A DNA stretch of 64,000 nt from Torpedo marmorata (taxonomy: Eukaryota): positions 26,040,001 to 26,104,000 of the forward strand of contig OZ360245.1 in the NCBI GenBank assembly GCA_977017645.1, in the 5' to 3' direction. The notes below the pieces were generated by a model that saw only the letters and a list, made by a program, of their open reading frames with translations, made no database searches and was not told where the DNA came from. Positions 23,291-35,600 of the stretch are shown in pieces; positions within the stretch are counted from its first letter, which is position 1; every line of letters starts with the position of its first letter. Both the position numbers and the translations under genes were made by a program.

Positions 23291-26200
23291 CACGTTTCAA
23301 AATAAATAAACATAGTGAAATAAAAAGAAAAAGTAGAAAAAATGGTAAATATTAACAACGTAAGTAGCTAAAGTGAAACCAGAGAAACCGTTGTGGAAAC
23401 ATAATACACTTATACAAAGTACAGTAAAAGTTAACGTTACAAAGTATATCATTTCTACCGTGGCCCTGCATTGAGAATATATTGGATCTGAAATCTGTGG
23501 CATTTCTTTAACTGCTTTCCGAAACATTCGCTTGGTGTTAAATGGGAGGTAGCATCTAATATAATTGGCCCTTAAATGTGCTAAATCCCAACCTACTTAA
23601 TCCGCTTCCAAGGAACAGATAGGTCTAGAATTTGGTTCGTAGCATCAACCAATAGAAAGCCACGTGCATTTGTACCCAAATTATTTCATATCATTGTTAT
23701 TCTTTGTGAAGCACTCCGAAAATCTGTAAGCAACATCTGAATCTTCACCTATCTCTGCGAACTGCAGATTCCTGTATTATGTTTTGTAGCCATGTGAAAT
23801 AAATCGGGATCACTGTGCATAGAGACGCAAATATGTTAATAATCCTTTCCTGGTCAATAATACCCATTTATATGGGAGGTACCTGATGAGGTTTAAGGCA
23901 AAATAAAACATTTGCAAAATTATGGACGTTCTAATTGCTGTTAAATTATTTCACGCCTATGCAACAGACATCAAGAACAGATCTTACTTTGTGTGTGTGG
24001 GGGGGGGGGGCGGGGTGGGGGGTGGTACACATTATTATTTTCGGCTTTGCTGCTGCTCCTTCTATTCCAGCATGCCCGAACGCGGTTGATCAATCTCATT
24101 CTGAATTCACGGTGGGTCGCGCAAAGAGAAAGGGAAACGACAACCGTGTTTTTGTTCTAAACGTGTGCCCCATTTGTAAATCAGATTGACGTCTTTTTCT
24201 CTCTCTAAAGATTTCATTTCTGTAAGTGAAATTGAAGCAGATGTGATTGCAAACAAACGCTTGGGAAACTATTCTGTGTTATTAATCCTTATCGCGCAGA
24301 AGGTCTGGCGCAGCGGGGTTCCCACTTCTTGAATAATGCTCACTCGTTTTACACAATCGTAACGGCTCTCACAAAAAAGACACCACTCAACTAGTCATTT
24401 TAGAGCATTCGTCTACAACCTGCCACGGTGGAATTGTAGCTTGAAAATTATTCTAAAATAGTTTATTATTCTGAACCGAGCTTTCACTCTGCACGCGAAA
24501 TCATTAGTTACCCAATGAAGTAAAGGTGTTTTGAAAGTCGTCTTCTATCTAAATACTCCACAGGTAAATTTTTAAATCCTGGCATTAAAATGGATATTGA
24601 CCAATATCGATTTTACCTCCCAAATCGTAATAAGATTTAAAGTTAGCACTGAGTTGTGTTCTTAAGCGTTTAAGTTTGTTCTGACAAGAGTTGTGAAATT
24701 CAGGATTTGCTTTTTTCCCTTGTAAACCAGATTTGTGTTGACTTTTCAGTTACGGCACTGTGCCTCCGACGAATTCCGTTCTCCATTTCAGCTTGAATGC
24801 AGGTAATTTACATTTAAGTAAATTAAATGGAGAATATGCATACTAATACTAGTCGCTTCCATTAAGCTAAAAGACAGGTGAAAATATTGCTAGGACTTTG
24901 AAATGAGCTGATAGAATGCTTGAAATTTTAAGTGCGATCATGTCCGAACTCATTTTACTTTCGAACTCAATGTGAGATCGAACATGGGGAAATCCCTGTC
25001 AGTTGTTGGCCTGATTGTCGCTGTGTGTAAAATACCTTTATCTTTTTACACATATCAGCAATTTACAGCCCAGGACAATCCAATGGAAATTAAAATATCA
25101 ATCTTGCCAATGATGCAAATTTATTGAACATTTAAAGAGAAAGGACACGGCGTTCTTAAAAAATGAACATTCATCATATCATTCCTGTGAAATAATATTA
25201 AAAATGCAAGAGTACGTCTCAACTGTATATGTTTTATTTTTATTTGGGTGGGTTAAATGCTGTTTGCAGCATTTGCGCTTCGTGCTGCGGTTTTGTTCCG
25301 AACCTCCCCCCCGATGCTGTTACTTCACGCCATATTAATTAACCCCATCCCCTCCTGTGCGCTTATTGTCGTTCCCTTGTTCTGGCCATCAACAATAACA
25401 GCGAGTCCGTCGTTTACAATTTACTGGAAGCCACACCACAGACATGGAAACTTTTTCAGCTGCAAAGTTGACAAATGTTGTCTTAGTTACGTTGTACCTC
25501 ATCGACAAATCGGTACATTTTAAAATAATATACGGTCATCAATGACGCGTTGATTTGAGTACACTTCTAAAAACAACCTACATATTAAAAAAAATAATTC
25601 AGATACGAAGCAATTACAGGTCCTATTGCAACAGTGGATTGCTCTCAATACAAGTGTACCGTTATAATTCATTCAGTTTCAGTTGTATCAGGTAAGCATT
25701 TTTATTAATAATCATTGCAGTTACAAAGTAAGTACTTATAACAATATTTTACTTTGTCCCGCGTTACAAAATTGACGAAATTGTTACTTTCAGTCAAAAC
25801 GAGGATATGTATAATAAATAATATGTAGCAATATAACAAGTGATGCATTTCTATTTTGATATCAAAACACTTATTATTTAAAAATCCGATGTTCTTTAAC
25901 TTGGTGACATTCCCTATTTAGGGAGGGTCTCCAAACTCTCTATAGGAAAATAAAACAAACTTAACATTACCTAGTTTTAATCGGAACACTGATTTAAACC
26001 TTTTATTTTATAACTAAATCAAATCCTATGGGAATACATCAATCTCCCCCTCTCAGGGTCTATTTTTATGCAAACGCGAGTGCTTATAGGAACATATGGA
26101 GTGATTATGTTTTTTGTATATTCCCGTGGTCATCCTAAGCGGACCATTTATTGTAGACGCTGCTTTTGGGGGTTCCCTGTTTCTCAGTGGGATCTTGTGG

Positions 26201-26482
26201 TGTTTAGTTGATTCAGTACATGAGACTGATCTGACATTGACAAGTTGATGGTTGAGAGAAAAGATGTACTTTAGCTTTAAAATCGCACTGAGAGCCCCTT
26301 CCTATAATCGGTGATTGAATAAGTCAATAATAAGTCAATAAATGGCTAACTTCATATAGTATTTCAATTGTTCGTCAATATATGACTGTAAAACGGAATC
26401 TGCCGCCTCTTTCTCATTAAATAAGTAATCAGTTTTTAAGCACATCCTGGGGAGTGTTTAACAGAAATGAATTGGGACTTAC

Positions 26483-26648
26483 CCCCGTAGTAATTGAAAG
26501 GGCCGTTTCCCATCATGTCAGCCCCGTCGAGGCGATCTCCCAGGGGTCTCATCCGTCTGGGGCTGCGGAAAAACGCGTGTCTCCGAGCCCCTAAAGCACT
26601 CAGCTGCTTCATCCGCCTCTCCTTGGACCTCCTGTTCTGGAACCAGAC
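26483..26648 (-). CDS. LHX1: LHX1 coding exon 4 (homeodomain helix 3)
   Basis: ccccag acceptor; [36 protein letters not shown]...; GTAAGT donor; 166 nt. Confidence 0.97.
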
Positions 26649-28355
26649 CTGGGGCACAAAGCAGCCACGAGAATCCTTTTATTTCCACAATCCTGAGTTA
26701 ATATTAAACCATACTTGCATCGTAAACATTAACCTTCCAATCCCATCGTTTAGAATTAAGGGAAATTTGAACATTAAAAAAAAAAGCTTCGCTTAACCCG
26801 CTGCAACATTAATCTCAACCCAGTCTCGAAATGCAGGTTGGTGATATTTACATCACCCTATATCATAAGATGAAGGAAAGCCAAAAGGCTTTCCCCAGAA
26901 TTAAACATTAAAATGTATTAGCAATAGCCTTGCCAAGCCTATCAATGATTTCCTCTCAATTCCTGACTCTCAGCATTTCATTCTACGATTGGAGCATGTT
27001 TTGAAGTAGAACGAGCGCTGGACCACCTTCTTCTAGTATATATTCATATGCAAACTCGGGAGATGTGGTGGAATAATGGTCATATCTTGGGTAAACAACC
27101 ATTCCAGGAAGGAAGTAACTCTTAAAATGACCAAAAAGGTAATCGTTTTTCACCAATTCACGTTTTAAAACTGAAAATAATGAACACATCGTTGTTTGAA
27201 CTTTAAATTTCACATTGTCGAAAACAAAACAGATTTAATCGCAAGATTACATTGAAAATGGTATGAATGGTTAGTGCAGAAACGATAAAACATGTAAAAC
27301 AATTATAAGGTACAACTTGCTCTGTAAGACAGGTGAATAACTGTGAAATAAATTCCCTTTTCTCTGTAAGATTATAAGTAATTATTGTCCTTGGCCTGGG
27401 GCTACAGTGCTCTTTATTTAACCCAGGTCACCAAAGTGACGACCTCATCCTTTGGGTAACCTATTTCACAACTCTTTATTTATTCCCGCACTTAGAACAA
27501 GTGACGACAATGTTTCTATTTTACGCTCCCTGCTTAGTATTACCATCTCTTATTGCAGCAAAATCGCGTTTCTCTCTCAGTTGTCTCAGACTTGGGCCCG
27601 ATCCTTTCCAACCGACCAAGAGCTGGACGTATATCGAGTGCATGAAAAGTTTCACAGGATCTCTCCAAACGCAACCAATTTAATTTTGGCGACTCTTCAT
27701 TCTCGCTTGAACACTCCAACATGTCCTACCATTTAACTTGGGCATTCTCGTCCACTTTCTCTGAGCAGTTTATTTATCGATTCGTTTGGTAGATATTGAG
27801 CCCTCGGACCATTTACATTGCTTGTGATATCTTGGCGCAGTGTTTCTCTCGTTTCTCGGTCGACAATGGTTGGCATTGTCCTGACCACATCATAACTACT
27901 TACGTTTGCTTAGACCAAACTTGACCTCCTGGGTGCAGTCTTCTGAGCTCCCTCAAAGAGGATTATTTACCCAACTTTCCTTGTTTAGCCTATATATATA
28001 TATATACGTTTTCCTCCTGCGGCATATCCTATTGTAGTAATCTGGCTTTTTTGTTTGACAAGAAACCACTCAGATGATGTGTCCAGCCGGAGTCAAAGGT
28101 CAAACCAGTCAAATCAGCTGGTTAGCGGCTTTTAGTACGACCTCTCCTGATTGTCACGTTTGGATGGCTTCCCCTATTTTAATGTTCTTTACATCATTTC
28201 TCAATTTCAAAACATATTTAGCTCCATCTTCTGAAGCACATTTCCGTTTAATCATCGCTTCTCTGCATGTTTCATATTGAGCCTAAATTATTGTACCCCT
28301 TCCCACACCTCCCCGGGACTATTCCGTGATGGTGTTTAAATTCGCGCTCTCTTAC

Positions 28356-28633
28356 CTGTATAACCCTCATGTTTAGCCCGGTTTCCTGAGCGAGTTGCTC
28401 TCGGATGTGCCTCGTGGGTTTGGGGGTGGCTGCAAAAGCCGCTTTGAGTGTTTCCAGCTGTTTTGCTTTGATAGTTGTGCGTGGTCCCCGGCGCTTGGCT
28501 CCCAGGTTCTGTTCCTCGTTCTCGTTATTGGCAGTATCTTTATCTGAAATATTGGCGCTTTCGGAGTCTTTCGTGTCATCTTGCAAATGATCTTGAGAAT
28601 CCGGTGATAGACTTTGATCACTGCATGCTGTTA
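28356..28633 (-). CDS. LHX1: LHX1 coding exon 3 (linker and homeodomain N-terminal part)
   Basis: gcacag acceptor; ...SLSPDSQD...[52 protein letters not shown]; GTAAG donor; 278 nt. Confidence 0.97.
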
Positions 28634-29385
28634 CTGTGCGAAACACAAAATGACGCGGGATGAAGAATGGGTTCACATAACATAAATAACCGATTTAACG
28701 ATGATAATAAGCGAGACTGCATTAATAATTGGAGCGCCACTTTACTGCCTTTTCCCACGTTAAAATTAAATATTTACTAACGCCCCAAATTGAAATGATA
28801 CAATTATAAATCACCTAATTGTCCCGAATTAATCTTCCCTAAAGCGCATTGTTCGCAAGTTATGGTTAGATTAAAATGAAAATGCAAATCCAAAGTAGCA
28901 TGGGGGGGGGGGGGAGTTTAGGCATCTAATGCAGAATAAAATTACACAATGGGCATGTAGAGTAGCATCATGTGAAGGCTACATACAAAAAAAATGTACA
29001 TTTGCGACTCTCCATAATGCATAAATTAGTAAATGCTGTTAAATTATCAGCAAATAACTTCAATTGTTAATTGAAAGCAACCCGGCGTTAGATGTTGAGA
29101 TGGGTGTTCAAACTCATCAATCCTATGTGTAGTAAACACACCGATTGTAGTAAACCATATCGCCGTGCCCGTTACCCGTTGAAATCAAAATATTTATGTA
29201 CAATCAAAATCCCCAATTCATTGTTTTGTACAGTACTCAATTTGTCAAAACACACGGGACGCGATAATCGCAAAGCTACAATTTACTGACCAAGATATTA
29301 AAATAAACAGTTGCAAGGCGACATTGTTTGTCCAGATTCCTATTAAGCACAAATAAATATAAATACGATGAGAATTTGGCCTTAC

Positions 29386-29609
29386 GTGAGAGCGAACCGT
29401 TTTCTTTCGAATTATTGCTGTTTAAAAAATCGTCTTTGCAAACAAATTTGTTTTCGTCGATGATGTAGAGCTCTTCTCCGGTGGAAAGTTGTTTGTTGCA
29501 TATCATACAAGTGAAACAGTTCAAATGAAAGACTTTGCTCCTTGCTCTCCTCACCAGATCGCTCGGGGAGATACCCTGACAGCAGCCGGCACACTTGGTA
29601 CCAAAACGA
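29386..29609 (-). CDS. LHX1: LHX1 coding exon 2 (LIM domain 2)
   Basis: ttacag acceptor; [61 protein letters not shown]...; GTAAG donor; 224 nt, phase-compatible with exon 1. Confidence 0.97.
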
Positions 29610-31663
29610 CTGTAAAGCATCACAGTAGGGGAGAAATGGTCAAAGGAATTCTTAATTTTGTCTAGTACATTTGTAGTTAACTATATGGTACCAACCGCGT
29701 AGAACGGCGTTAATTGACATTCATGGTGGCTAGATTATTGTTAATATTGCACTCGTCTTGCTCCAAAGCGTTCCAGGGCGCACAAACGAAAGAAACGTCG
29801 TCTATGTTTGCAACCGAGGTCAGTCCAAACAGGGACCGGCAACATCGGCGTGTGAAACATTGAGAGGACTATTACATTTAGAAAATCCGCTGAAAATGAG
29901 CGCAAACAATTTGTGAGAAGTCTCTGTCAGCAAACTGGCCAAAAGTGACAGAATGTTATGTGGGCGCTTCACAATGAACCAGATTCACACTGTCGTTCAG
30001 CTCGGAGCTCACACTTCACAATGCGACTGATTTTCCTTCTTATTCGATATAACCAGGGCGATAATATTATGCTTCGCTTCCATTTTCAGGCTTTAGAAAA
30101 GCTTGTGCAAATTAAAGTTAGTTTTATCGGCAAAAATAAATAGTTGTGGCCACAATAACAAATAAGTGCAGAGCGCAAATTAATGGGTTTAATAGGGTCC
30201 GACAAAGACTAACTTAATCCATATCGATTCGACATATTAAAAATAATTTGTCCGTTAAAATTCCAGGCATTTTTATGTCTTCGTCCTAAAGAATTTCGGT
30301 ACAGGTTTTTATTTTAGTGTACTTCTTGGCCAAGGTGATGTTTGATGAAATTGTTTAACAAGTGAGCACAAACCATTTAACTTTATGCAAGTTTATCGGT
30401 ATATTTTAACAACGAGGAAAAACTAACTAATTTTATTCCAGGAAAAGACCTTTAATGCTGCAGGTAGGACATGTTTGTTTTAATGTTGCTTGAAGCATGC
30501 CGTGTATAAACTAAAATAATATTGTATTGAAAGCGACATTTTAAAAGAATCTCATTTTCACGCTGGATGTAAAATTCATTGGATTAATAAACGTTACGTC
30601 ATTTACAGGTGACGGCCCGATTGAAATGATGATGGCGTATGATCCCGGAGGAGGAAGGAGATTTCAGGACTGCCTGATTAGAAAGGTCTTCAAACTTGAC
30701 ATTAAACCATTCATTAATAATAACTGAGGAGGTGTTTGGTCCAATCAATGGTTCCGGTATATAAGCAATAGGTAGATATTTTGCTGTCACTTTAGCTTCT
30801 GCAACTTGAATCAGACTAATACTTTCAAGGGATTAATACTATAAAAACTTTCTTAGTTGGTTAAGAAAGTAAATAGATTACTTCAAGAAAACCATTATTC
30901 GCCGTAATGGTTATAAATGAAAATTGAACTGCAATAGTTTGATAGAAATAATTGATTCAACAGAAAGATATGTAAACGATCATAAATGTTCTATGAAATC
31001 CAGGTTGTACGTTAGGTTACTGATTTGGTTCATGAGATTGGAAATTACAATTTGTGCAGTCTTCTTAGAAGATTTCTAACAAAGGTTTGCCCATATATCC
31101 TTTGTCTATGGTTTCCTCTTCAAATACTTTGTTATTCAAAAACACTTATCACGTCGTTACAAAAAAAAAAAGAAAACACATTTTTTTTCACCAATAGACA
31201 GCCATTGGATTTCCTCTAGGATTCGTAGTTATTGATCTTTGCTTTAATTTGCCTCAGCAAAGGAAAAGTGCGAACTCTATTTTCTCTTGCTGAATACACA
31301 TTTTCCGCATTACAAGATCAGCGAAGTTACTGATAGTGGTTTGAGCGGGTGTGTAAAAATGTTCCCGCAATTCAGCTTGCTTTCCTCTGACCTGAAACAG
31401 TTAAGGATAGGATGTGATGCTGAATCTTTCCGATCACACTTTATTTCCTCGAGTAACCGAACGAGCATTATTTATAAATATGAGTTATTTAACAACTATT
31501 ATTTAACGCGTTATTTTTATTCTCTAAATAATATTGTAGTATCTTGCAAAACTGTTAAAATAATAACATTTTAGTCTCGGCAAAATGTAACACAAACTTG
31601 AAGCTGACACGATGTGAACATAACATTCTGATGATGCCTTAAAGCCGATACCATTACACTTAC

Positions 31664-31833
31664 CGAAAGAAGTCGTTCTTGCAGTATAGCTTTCCTTCTC
31701 GTGAAAAACATTTTTCTGTTAAATTGCATTTGCATTCGCAGCACTGCACACACTTCACGTGCCAAGCTCGGTCCAGGACATTTAATAGGAACCTATCAAG
31801 AATAGGCCTCTCGCACCCCGCACAGTGCACCAT
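31664..31833 (-). CDS. LHX1: LIM homeobox 1, coding exon 1 (LIM domain 1)
   Basis: ATG at 31833 reads [57 protein letters not shown]; GTAAGT donor follows; 170 nt. Absent from the ORF track in this frame. Confidence 0.97.
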
Positions 31834-32389
31834 TGTCTTTGGATTGTTCCCAGATAATGAGATAGCTGACGGTTAGATATTTGGCTGGTAATAATGAGGT
31901 CCTCGATCGTCCAGCAGGCTGATCCTTGAGAATGGCTGTTATTAAAGGGCGATGCTTCCAACGGATTTAAGTGGCCAGCGTTCTTTCTTTTGAGGTAGCT
32001 GATATCAGTCAAATGAAATCGAAGCAGGTATAATCCTAAAGAAACAATCGCCCTCTTAAATAAATTACGATAAAATAATTAAAAGCTACACTAATCAACA
32101 AGCAACAGTGCTGTCACTCTGGAGTATTGAAGTAAATGATTTACTCCAACATGACGCAAAAGATACCAATGTTTAATTCTGTCTCTTAAGTATCTCTTAA
32201 GTTTGCTTGTATTGAATACTATTAGCAAAATTATAAGACACATATATTAAATACTCCAGAAATAAAATATGGGTGACAGGCCTGTGGCAAGCATTGCTTT
32301 TGATGTCATGGTTCAACTTTCCTGATGTGGAAGAGAAATATCTCCAGTCGTGTTTACTGTACAGCTATAGTAGTCGTGTGGATAAAGCA

Positions 32390-32630
32390 ATGCCAATCAA
32401 CGCTGCTGCTGCTACTCTGCCCGCCGCACGCGATCACTCGACTGCATGTTTCCTGGAGCTCGCGCACACCTTATTCATATCGCCGCCGCGTCACCGGCGC
32501 CCCCGTCCAATCAGCCGCCCCGGAGCCATGGCAACCATTAATTTATGACAGGTTTTTTTTTCGCGTTGCCTTCGAAAGACTCGCAACATCTCGCCTAGAG
32601 AATAGCGGAAGCCGCGGCCGCTTCTGAGCT
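32390..32630 (-). promoter_or_regulatory. LHX1 CpG-rich promoter region
   Basis: GC/CpG-dense patch ~0.6-0.8 kb upstream of the ATG, with two CCAAT boxes, an RFX-like CCATGGCAAC and TTAATTTATGACAG. TSS not determined. Confidence 0.6.
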
Positions 32631-35600
32631 TTAGGTACAGTTGCAATTTTTCCGCCTTTCTTCTGCAATATCCTTCTGTTATTTTTTAAATATTATTATT
32701 TGGAAAGTTTGTTTTGCATCGCGGTCGAACGGTTGACTAAAACAAAAACCACAAGAAAGTATGTTTACATGTTCAGGCCCTCCTTCCCCCTTGGGACTTT
32801 TCATTTTGCTGAGCATTTTCTTGACTGTGTGTGTGGGTGAGAGAGGGGACCCCCGCGCGGGCAGTTTGTATCTCCCCCCCCCCCCCCCAACGTTTTCTTG
32901 GCTCTTGTTTCGGTCACTCTGCAATTGTAAATCGCAGCAGATTGAGATTGATGGTCCTGTTTAGAATGCAGCGGTAAAACACAACTGGTTTGCAGAAGTT
33001 ATGGTGCCTTTGTCGGGCCAGTCAACGTGAAATATGACCGGGATTTCAGGGGTACGGAGTGAGGGCACAGGGGTGTGTGTGTGGGGTGGGGGTGGGAGGT
33101 TGGTTATCATCAGGTGAAAATGGAAGAGGAATATTTGGCGTTTGATGAAAACACAGTGGCGGGGGTGAGTCAGTTAAAATATCTTCAATATGCATGAGCG
33201 TTTCCCCCCGCCTTCAAATGCATTTTAACCTTTGAAGTCGTATCCGCTGAAAACGCGAGAGACGATATGAAAGACCTAACAAGTCATTTTCTCACCTTTG
33301 CACTTGTTGATGAATGCCCTGTTCTTTAATGGACGTCTCTCCCCGATTCATCTTAAATTCGACACCATATAGTGGCGAAGCGTATTTGCATATTCACGTT
33401 AGAATTGGAATTGTTTTGATGTTTGTGTGTATTGCGTCTCGCGTCAGCGCGAATGGAAATGGGACAAGAAAGGCTCAGCCTAAAGTCATCATCTCGAGCA
33501 GTTGACAGATCACAGTGGCCAAACTTGGGGCACCGTGAAAGTTAAACATTTGCTTTTATTTTAGACGTTTACCGCACTTTACAAAACAAAATTGCCTTGA
33601 TTGTATTGTATTGTATGTCCCGTCTGATTCAGGGATGAAAGAGGGAGGGGCAGAGAAGATACGAAGACTGGAACACTCCATCCAAACTGCACTTTCACCA
33701 CTTCCAGTTCTATTAGAGTAGGCGCTGACAGCCCTGGGCTGGAGATGGTCCAGAATGACGTCTGTCTGGAAACACAAATCCTGCTTGCAAACATTTAGTT
33801 GGCTCTGATATTAAACACTGTGAACTGCAGTGTCAGTACACATCAATTAGCGAATCATCTCGATTGCTAGACAACGTTTGTTCTTTTAACATCATGCTCG
33901 ACCTTCAGTGCTCTTTATTTTGCATCGTATTCGACTATTTTTTCCTCGGGTCTTTCGCTTGTAACAGGAGTCCAACGCTTAATCACATATTTTTTATATA
34001 GATTCCACACGATAAACCCATTCTAATTCGCCATTCTTGCACAAAATACATCCCCCGACAATAAAGCAATCATTCGACCAAGGGTGTTTACGATCTCTTT
34101 CCAAACGAATAGCAACATTGTTACACCATTAGGGTTGTCTCTTATTGTAACCGCCAAATATAATCAATTTAATCAGTACGTTGAGTGGGTTCTGAGAAAC
34201 GAACAGCCCATACACCCAAAGTAGGGGGGGGGACCTCTTTGCTCCCTGCAGATGGGAGGCCATCCGGGTCAATGTTTTCTTGTTTCCAGTCAAGTCGTAA
34301 TTTTTAATGAGTGCCAACTTTCCTGTTTGTTGTATGGACACCGTCTTTGTTCCTCAGTTGCTACTTCATTCCCACGTCGGCTGACGTGCCACTCACAGCA
34401 GATTCCACTCCAACCGACTCTTGGCAGTTACTACCCTATCTTTGCAAAGAGAAAAAAAAAATCAATAAACTCTTTCTGCATATGGGATTCTTCTCATGCA
34501 AAAGAGAGAAGCGTGACTGGTATGGACTTGGCCCTCCAGACTACAGTGACAGCTGTAGTCTTCTATCTGGGGACTTCTTTCCTTTGACACTCTCCCAGAT
34601 GACATGTGTTGGTCAGGAATGAATAGAGATAAGAGATGAGCAACATCTTGGTGGCCATCATGCCTACCTTCTACTCCAATATTTTATTCAGCTGCAAAGC
34701 ATCTGTTTGTATGACTGCGAAATAAGATTCATTCAAATCAGAGTTTACAGTGGGTCTAACTGGACACGTCAAACAGTTCACAACGTGACGCAGTCTAAGA
34801 AATTGCTGCACTGTATTTAAGAATTCAACATGAAATTGAACCGAGTTTGTATTTACGCCCCGTGTTTTATGAAACTGACTGCACTTAGAAGTTCAATATT
34901 GTGAAATCCTGGGGCAGTTCTGCAGAAGTGAAATTGACTTGAAATTAACTGTTAGGACAGGGGAAAGGGGGCGTCCCGGTGTTTAGTTAATTTTAATCTG
35001 CAAGGGCTAAGAGCTCCAGAAAGAGTGAAAATGCCCCTTTTGCATTTTGCCTCATGTAATAATGGGGACATATCACGTGGTTCGATGTAAAACTAACATT
35101 TGTGCAACACTTTAAAGTAAAGTCATTAATTTAAGGCACAGAAAAGACTGTTGAAAGAATTATGTGTCTTGGTAATAGGGGCGCTCTGGTGGGGGAATGT
35201 AACATATCCACCCGGTTTTCGGTTTTGCGCAAAGTACACTCAATCAGTTTCGACGATCACAAGCATCCTTTCTTCAAATTAGTGAAGTGAAATGTAATCA
35301 ACTGATTACCACAGGACTCCGAGTAGAGTGCACTTTTTGACCCAGCTTCGTAAACGAACTTTCCAATTTTAAGCATCCATTTTCAGTTCGCAAGCTTGAT
35401 TGCATAAAAGGTGATTATTGGACTCGTTACTCAGAGCTTGCTAGGACAACAATTCAAACAGTTTATGAAATAGAAAATATATATTCACCAAATAATCTGC
35501 TCTAATTCAGTCGGGAATATTTTCTCATACTGGCACATTACATTGCTCACTTTAAATCGATGGTTGAGCGGAGAAACAGACAACATCAGCTGGATTCAAT

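Noticed and set aside
22702-31833. Assignment as LHX5
   Set aside because: Most diagnostic residues and linkage to AATF favour LHX1.
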